Positions 58,169 to 64,000 of a DNA stretch of 64,000 nucleotides are shown in pieces. The notes beneath the pieces were generated by a model. The model did not search any database. It worked only from the letters and a program-made list of their open reading frames with translations, and had not been told where the DNA came from. The first letter of the stretch is position 1. Each line of letters starts with the position of its first letter. Both the position numbers and the translations under genes were made by a program. Source of the stretch: an uncultured Phycisphaerales bacterium (GTDB taxonomy: Bacteria; Planctomycetota; Phycisphaerae; Sedimentisphaerales; Anaerobacaceae); contig OY970359.1 of the NCBI GenBank assembly GCA_963718665.1, positions 2,048,001-2,112,000 of the forward strand, in the 5' to 3' direction.

Positions 58169-59247
58169 TTGTTTCGTTTTTCCCGTCTGCCGTATTTGAA
58201 CCAGGCGGAGCAGGCGCCTTCGGAGCTGACCATACAGGGGCCTACCGGGGTTTGCGGTTCGCAGACGCGGCCGAAAAGCTCGCACTGGGGCGGGTCGATG
58301 AGGCCGCAAAGCACTTCACCGCAGCGGCAGCCGGTCGTGTCGTTCTCGGGTTTTTCGGTTAAGCCGAATCGCTTTAATGCGTCGAATTTGCCGTATTTTT
58401 CTTTGAGCTGGAGTGTGCTTTTCGGGATTTTTCCAAGCCCTCTCCAGTAGCCGTCCATCGGCTCGAAACATTCGGAGATAATGTTTTGTGCAACCTGGTT
58501 ACCATGTTCGGTAACGACGGCTGTGTAAATTGTTTTTGCTTCGGGTTTGCCCTCGATTATCTGTCGGCAGATTTCGGCAAGGCCTTCGATTATCTGCATC
58601 GGTTCGAAGCCCGCCACGACGCAGGGTTTGCAGAATTGCTCTACAATTCCCCTGAATGCGCCATAGCCGGTTATGACGCTGACATGGCCGGGGCAGAGAA
58701 ACGCGTCTATTTTGTTATTTTTGTCGCTTAGCAGCGCCTGCATCGCGGGTACGACGATTTTGTGGTTGTTCAGGATACAGAAGTTGTTGATGCCTTCATT
58801 TGCGGCCTGTTTTACGGCGACGGCTGTCGCGGGCGTGGTTGTTTCAAAGCCGACGGCGACAAAGACCACCGTTTTGGAGGGGTTGTCCCTGGCTAATTGC
58901 AGGGCGTCTTCGCTGCTGAGGACAATCCTGACGTTGCCTGCGGATTTTTTGGTTTCGAGAGAGCCGCCTTTGCCGGGGACGCGAATCATATCGCCATACG
59001 TTGCTATGAGGCAGTCATTTCTGTCCGCAAGCTCAAGGACGGTGTCGATGTATCCCTGGTGCGTTACGCAAACTGGGCAGCCGGGGCCCGATAAAAGTTT
59101 CATTGATTTGGGAATCATGCCTCTTATGCCGTTTCGGAATATTGAGACGGTGTGTGTGCCGCAGACCTCCATAATATTGATGGGCCTGCCGGTGATTTCA
59201 CACGCGGCGTCCATAAGAAGTTGTGCGTTTCTGATTCTTCGAAGCAT
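58165..59247 (-). CDS. hypD: hydrogenase maturation protein HypD
   Basis: MEVCGTHT, GPGCPVC, GFETT, PGHVS and GPCMVSSEGAC motifs. Confidence 0.96.
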   Translation of the reverse strand: MLRRIRNAQLLMDAACEITGRPINIMEVCGTHTVSIFRNGIRGMIPKSMKLLSGPGCPVCVTHQGYIDTVLELADRNDCLIATYGDMIRVPGKGGSLETKKSAGNVRIVLSSEDALQLARDNPSKTVVFVAVGFETTTPATAVAVKQAANEGINNFCILNNHKIVVPAMQALLSDKNNKIDAFLCPGHVSVITGYGAFRGIVEQFCKPCVVAGFEPMQIIEGLAEICRQIIEGKPEAKTIYTAVVTEHGNQVAQNIISECFEPMDGYWRGLGKIPKSTLQLKEKYGKFDALKRFGLTEKPENDTTGCRCGEVLCGLIDPPQCELFGRVCEPQTPVGPCMVSSEGACSAWFKYGRREKRNK

Positions 59248-59260
59248 AGGGCCGGGTTAT

Positions 59261-59503
59261 TTATCCTGAGATTTTATTTTGGGTATCGTTGAACTCGTCG
59301 ATTTCCTCGATGAGCTGCCAGGTTTTTCGTGCCTCGTCTTCGTCGATAGTTGATATGGCGAAGCCCGCGTGAACCAGGACAAGGTCGCCGAGCTTGGCAT
59401 TGGGCAACAGGGTAGTTCTCGCATTGAACTGATTACCCATTGCGTCAACTATCGCCCTGTCTTCTTCGAGTTTAACTATTCTTGCCGGTATCGCTAAACA
59501 CAT
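59261..59503 (-). CDS. hypC: hydrogenase maturation chaperone HypC
   Basis: MCLAIP and VLVHAGFA motifs. Confidence 0.95.
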   Translation of the reverse strand: MCLAIPARIVKLEEDRAIVDAMGNQFNARTTLLPNAKLGDLVLVHAGFAISTIDEDEARKTWQLIEEIDEFNDTQNKISG

Positions 59504-59516
59504 AACGAGACATTTC

Positions 59517-61823
59517 TCAGTCGTATTCTAATGACTTGTGAACTGCTATAGCGGCCTGGCCGACGGAAACGCAACCGTCGTTGGCCGGAAAATCACGATT
59601 GTATAATACTGAAAAGCCGCTTCTTTGCAATAACCGGACAAGACGCTGGGCTAAATACCTGTTGCAAAAAACGCCTCCGCTTACAGCGACTTTACTTAAT
59701 CCTTTATTTTTCCTTGCCGCCTTTGCCATTTCGAGCAAGCCGGCGGCGGCAGCATTATGAAACTTCGCGGATATAACCGCTGTTTCCTGCTTGTCTTCTA
59801 TGTCAGCCACAATCTGTCTTATCATTATACGCAAGTCAAGCGTCAACGGTTTGTCGGATTGTCCGGCGAGTTCAAAATCATACTGCTGGTCGCAGTCCGG
59901 CGCAGCAATCGCCTCAAGGGTTATTGGCAGTTGTGCTTCAAAGTGGTTGTAATTTCCCAGGCCGAGCATAGCCGCGACGGCGTCAAATAACCTGCCCAAA
60001 CTTGATGTCTGGATGGTGTTTATTTTTTTATTTATTTGCCCGAAGATGAGTTGCTGTTTGGATTCATCCGGCTCGATTTTATCAAGGAGCCAGCTGAATT
60101 TATTTGGTTCAAATTCATTTCCGTATGCCTGCGCCAAAAGTGCAATCGCAGGTCTTATCGGCTGCTTACTTGCGGCATCGCCGCCAGCTAACGGGTAATA
60201 GGCCAAGTGCCCGAATCGTTCAAAACCATTCAGGTCGGCGATGAGACATTCGCATCCCCAAATCGCGCCGTCTGTTCCGTAGCCGGTTCCATCGCAGGCG
60301 AGGCCAATCACCGGCTTATCTAAATTGTGTTCTGCCATAACAGCTGCGATATGCGCCCAGTGGTGCTGAACCTCGATGATTTTTACGTCAGGCAGTGAGT
60401 GGGCATATTGCGAAGACAGATAGGCAGGGTGTAAATCACAGGCGACTAACTTTGGATTTACTTCGAACAGGCCGCGCAGGTGTTCGATTGATTTTCTGTA
60501 GTGATGATATACCGCGGCGTCTTCAAGGTCGCCGATGTGCTCGCTGCATATAAGCTGGTTGGCTTTGACGAATGAGAATGTGTTTTTCAAATCAGCCCCG
60601 GCGGCGAAGACGTCGCATTGACTGGCTTGTTTTATGGTAACGGGTGCGGGCACGTAGCTTCTCGACCTGCGGAGTAATACGGGCTTGTCTTCGAGGAAAT
60701 GAACGATTGAATCATCGACCTGCCTGTAAATTTCCCTGTCGTGCATCAGGAACGCGTCGGCGACGTCCCCGAGGCGTTCAATCGCCTCATCATTTTTACA
60801 AATCAACGGCTCATCGCTTATATTGCCGCTTGTCATTACCAAAACTTTAATTCCCTCGGCAAAAAGCAAATGATGCAGGGGAGCATAACAAAGCATAAAT
60901 CCGAAGGTGTTTGTTCCTTCGGCCACGGATGATGCAATCTGTGAGCCGGCATTCTTTGGCAAAAGCACAATCGGGCTTTGAGGGCTTTTCAATGCGGCTT
61001 CGGCCTCATTGCTTACTGCCGCGTGCTGTTTTATCGTCTCAATCGAATCCGCCATCATTGCGAAGGGTTTATGCTCTCTTTTTTTGCGTTCGCGAAGTCG
61101 GATTACCGCTTCATTATTGAAGGCATCGACCGCCAGGTGAAATCCGCCTATGCCTTTTATGGCGAGGATTTTGCCTTCTTTCAATAACTGTGCAGTTTGG
61201 GTAATTATCTTATCGGTTCCGGTTTGAGTTGTGTTGCCCCTGTTATCGGCAAGCCAGATTTTGGGACCGCATTGCGGGCAGGCGACGGGCTGGGCGTGAA
61301 ACCGGCGGTTTGCCGCATTGTGATACTGGCCGGCGCATTTTTCGCACATCGCAAACGCCGACATCGTTGTATTGGGTCTGTCGTAGGGAATGGTTCTGAT
61401 TATCGAGTATCTTGGCCCGCAGTTGGTGCAGTTGATGAAAGGATAGCGGTAGCGGAAATCATTTTTGTCAAAAAGTTCCCGTAGGCAGTCAGCGCAGGTG
61501 GCGATATCCGCTGTTACTCGTGAGATTGGGGTCCCGCCGGCGTCGCTTTGTTTTATCGTAAATTCTTTTCCGCTTTCGACGATTGGAATTTCAGCGGCAA
61601 AGCAGGACGTAATATCCGCCAAAGGCGGGGCGTCTGGTCCGTTGAGCCGTTTGATAAATTCGGCGATTTTGGTTTCTTCGCCCTGTAATTCGATGGTAAC
61701 ACCCTTTGTGTCGTTATAGACAAAGCCGGCAAGGTTCAGTTGCGTGGCGAGCCGATATACGGCAGGGCGAAAGCCCACCCCCTGAACCTGCCCCATTATC
61801 AAAATCTTTTTTCGTATGACCAA
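59517..61823 (-). CDS. hypF: carbamoyltransferase HypF
   Basis: GQVQGVGFRP acylphosphatase domain, CxxC zinc fingers, KGIGGFHL, QHH.AH and DG.GYG motifs. Confidence 0.96.
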   Translation of the reverse strand: MVIRKKILIMGQVQGVGFRPAVYRLATQLNLAGFVYNDTKGVTIELQGEETKIAEFIKRLNGPDAPPLADITSCFAAEIPIVESGKEFTIKQSDAGGTPISRVTADIATCADCLRELFDKNDFRYRYPFINCTNCGPRYSIIRTIPYDRPNTTMSAFAMCEKCAGQYHNAANRRFHAQPVACPQCGPKIWLADNRGNTTQTGTDKIITQTAQLLKEGKILAIKGIGGFHLAVDAFNNEAVIRLRERKKREHKPFAMMADSIETIKQHAAVSNEAEAALKSPQSPIVLLPKNAGSQIASSVAEGTNTFGFMLCYAPLHHLLFAEGIKVLVMTSGNISDEPLICKNDEAIERLGDVADAFLMHDREIYRQVDDSIVHFLEDKPVLLRRSRSYVPAPVTIKQASQCDVFAAGADLKNTFSFVKANQLICSEHIGDLEDAAVYHHYRKSIEHLRGLFEVNPKLVACDLHPAYLSSQYAHSLPDVKIIEVQHHWAHIAAVMAEHNLDKPVIGLACDGTGYGTDGAIWGCECLIADLNGFERFGHLAYYPLAGGDAASKQPIRPAIALLAQAYGNEFEPNKFSWLLDKIEPDESKQQLIFGQINKKINTIQTSSLGRLFDAVAAMLGLGNYNHFEAQLPITLEAIAAPDCDQQYDFELAGQSDKPLTLDLRIMIRQIVADIEDKQETAVISAKFHNAAAAGLLEMAKAARKNKGLSKVAVSGGVFCNRYLAQRLVRLLQRSGFSVLYNRDFPANDGCVSVGQAAIAVHKSLEYD

Positions 61824-61989
61824 AGTTTTCTATCTCAATACCAGTGTAAATCAATACGCCCAATTCTGGCAATCGGTTTTACCGGATTATAGCCGATGGT
61901 ATTAAGATAGCAATTACGGCATAGGGTCGCTTTAGCTGCGATTTTTCATTTGTCAGAAGCGTATATGTCTGGTATTATTACTGGCAGCA

Positions 61990-62062
<73 letters not shown>

Positions 62063-62516
62063 TTGTCATAACCTATTTAAGTACTTGCCCTTCGTTACTC
62101 ATTTACTTAAACCCCACTTTGATGTGAAATTGCTCTTGGCGTCATTTTGGCGCCAGTCTTTTTTGACTCATCGACGCTTTCGAGCAGCTTGTTTTGTTGA
62201 ATTGGTCGGCGTTCCTTTGGTTCCGCGATATAATTCCTATGTCGGGAGCGTCTTCGTGGGCTTTTGAAGTTATGCAGGAAGGCGGCATAATGGTTGAGAT
62301 GAATATTTTTACAGTACGGGAGTGCCCCAATGAGATAAATTGACGTAAGTGCTTGACGTGAAGGGTATTAGATGGATAAATAAGAAGTCGCGGTAACTTC
62401 TTATACAGAAGGAAGCAGTCTGTGTCTGCCGTATTATAAAAACTGTATAATCATTGTTGGATGGCATGTTCCCGTATGCGTCCTTCTAACATGCGAAAAA
62501 TTTTAGGGAGTCATCA

Positions 62517-63248
62517 ATGGATTTAAATCACAGGATAAAGGAAATTGCTGAGATATGGGGAGCAGACTTTTGTGGTGTAGCTGACTTGTCACTGGCCCAT
62601 GATGCGATCCTGGCACAATGCGGACCGGAGATAGCAGCATATCCCCGGGCAATTTCTGTTGGGATTGTGTTGCTGCATACCATTGTTGATCAACTGCCAC
62701 ACCGTGCCAATCGGGCAGTGGCAGTAAGCTATCGGCACCACGGTTATGAAGTGATCAATCAGCGCCTTGATTTTCTTGCTTCTCGTGTAAGTGGTTTAAT
62801 TCAACGAGAAGGATATCAAGCTTTACCTCTCTCGGCGGCGAAGCGGGTAGATGACGAACGGCTCTGTGCGGCGTTTTCACACAAGCTTGCGGCACATTTA
62901 GCCGGATTAGGCTGGATTGGCAAAAGCTGCTTATTGGTGACCCCCGAAGAGGGGCCGCGAGTGCGTTGGGTCACAGTTCTCACCGATGCTCCGTTACCCG
63001 CGACAGGCAAGCCGATGGAAGAACAGTGCGGCAGTTGTAATGAGTGTGTGGAGATATGCCCCGTCCATGCCTTTACGGGGGAAGCTTTTCGCGCATCTGA
63101 GCCGCGTGAGAAACGGTATGATGCCAATAAGTGTGATAGATACTTTGTAGCGATGAGGAAAAAAGACCCTGAGTTGGCAGTATGTGGCTTGTGCTTGTAT
63201 GTCTGCCCATATGGAAAACAGCGAAATCCTGAGCGGGCGGGTCTGTAA
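62517..63248 (+). CDS. QueG-like 4Fe-4S dicluster protein (epoxyqueuosine reductase/dehalogenase superfamily)
   Basis: [39 protein letters not shown] and CGLCLYVCP motifs. Confidence 0.85.
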   Translation: MDLNHRIKEIAEIWGADFCGVADLSLAHDAILAQCGPEIAAYPRAISVGIVLLHTIVDQLPHRANRAVAVSYRHHGYEVINQRLDFLASRVSGLIQREGYQALPLSAAKRVDDERLCAAFSHKLAAHLAGLGWIGKSCLLVTPEEGPRVRWVTVLTDAPLPATGKPMEEQCGSCNECVEICPVHAFTGEAFRASEPREKRYDANKCDRYFVAMRKKDPELAVCGLCLYVCPYGKQRNPERAGL

Positions 63249-63385
63249 ATCAATGTGCCACCTAACAACCGCATCCCGTATTATAAAAAAACTCATCCGA
63301 TGCTAAGTATTTGGGAAACCTGGTATTTTAAGCAGTTTATTTTGTTGAAACTGGTTGACATAGCATATCTCGTTTTTCTTTGCTA

Positions 63386-63821
63386 CTATATCTGGTAGTC
63401 CGTCTGCTGACCCTTTTTCGCTTTATCGAGAGCGTCCTGCAATGTCGTTGACCGCAGGATATTGGTAACAGCCCAATGAACCTGGTTCCAAATAGGTCTT
63501 GCTATACAATCAGCGGCCCGTGCGCAGGAGCTTTCGTTCATCACGCACTCAACGGTTATGACCGGCCCTTCAAGAACATTGAATATCTCACTGAGCTTAA
63601 TCATTTCCGGCGGTTGAGCCAAAATATAGCCACCCCTAGCACCACGCTGACTTCCTATAAGGCCCGCCGATTTTAGTATCACCATTAATTGCTCAAGATA
63701 TTTAACCGAAATATATCCTGGTCTTAGCAATCACCTTGGTCTGGAGAGGCCCTTTGCCAAAATGGTCCGCCAGTTCCAATATTGCAAGCATCGCATATCT
63801 TGTTCGAGTCGATAGTTTCAT
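63386..63821 (-). pseudogene. Rrf2 family (IscR/CymR-like, three Cys) regulator, frameshifted near 63715-63730
   Basis: MKLSTRTRYAMLAILELA and ISVKYLEQL...SQRGARGGY...C..C..C lie in different frames. Confidence 0.8.
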
Positions 63822-63836
63822 GGTTAATTCTCCACT

Positions 63837-63977
63837 ATTCCTACTGCACTGGTAGTATATTATACGAACAAACTGCAAACTGACATTAAAAAATAACAAA
63901 ATTTTTTTAAAAAAGTGTTTGACGCAGGTTTTTTGATATGGTATCATTCCCATTATATCCGTAGGATTAGTAGGATA
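63837..63977. promoter_or_regulatory. two putative Rrf2 operator sites in a divergent promoter region
   Basis: attcctactgcactggtagtatat (about 63837) and atatccgtaggattagtaggatat (about 63954) share a TCCTACT half-site; TTGACG...TATCAT lies nearby. Confidence 0.5.
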
Positions 63978-64000
63978 TGGTTATACGAAACATAACACAG

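Noticed and set aside
58169..58309. N-terminal extension of HypE in the ORF track
   Set aside because: Overlaps the hypD 3' end; the ATG at 58168 overlapping the hypD stop is the better start.
56048..61823. hyp operon without hydrogenase structural genes as a novel system
   Set aside because: Maturation genes are often unlinked from the structural genes, which may lie outside the window.

Overview
Bacterial chromosomal region. Gene content (PEP-CTERM and LamG proteins, HNH-AP2 gene, a reduced mraZ-rsmH-LysM-ftsL-ftsI cluster with no ftsZ in the window, hyp genes, bifurcating-type ETF) suggests an anaerobic Planctomycete (Phycisphaerae/Sedimentisphaerales-like); this is inference. Core genes: htpX/lemA, mgtA, fused etfBA plus a FixCX/ETF-QO-like oxidoreductase, proA/proB, dcw and mreBCD-mrdA, lnt, accBC, lysA, nadD, hypFCDEAB, tRNA-Gly and tRNA-Ala. 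An accessory block at about 13.1-18.4 kb holds a frameshifted HNH-AP2 gene, a three-gene restriction-modification-like operon, a Bro-N gene and an MNT-HEPN toxin-antitoxin pair. Main observations: (1) an unannotated 19-aa, 11-Lys peptide with its own promoter, Shine-Dalgarno and downstream hairpin/terminator directly upstream of lysA, a candidate lysine attenuator leader; (2) families of heptamer/nonamer arrays and short palindromic elements that sit between genes, flank AT-rich cargo genes, and are inserted in frame inside hypE, proA, lnt and a radical SAM gene; (3) EtfABCX apparently encoded as two fusion proteins; (4) a covarying palindrome present both inside and upstream of the Bro-N gene. 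All product calls come from motif recognition by eye; no searches were run.
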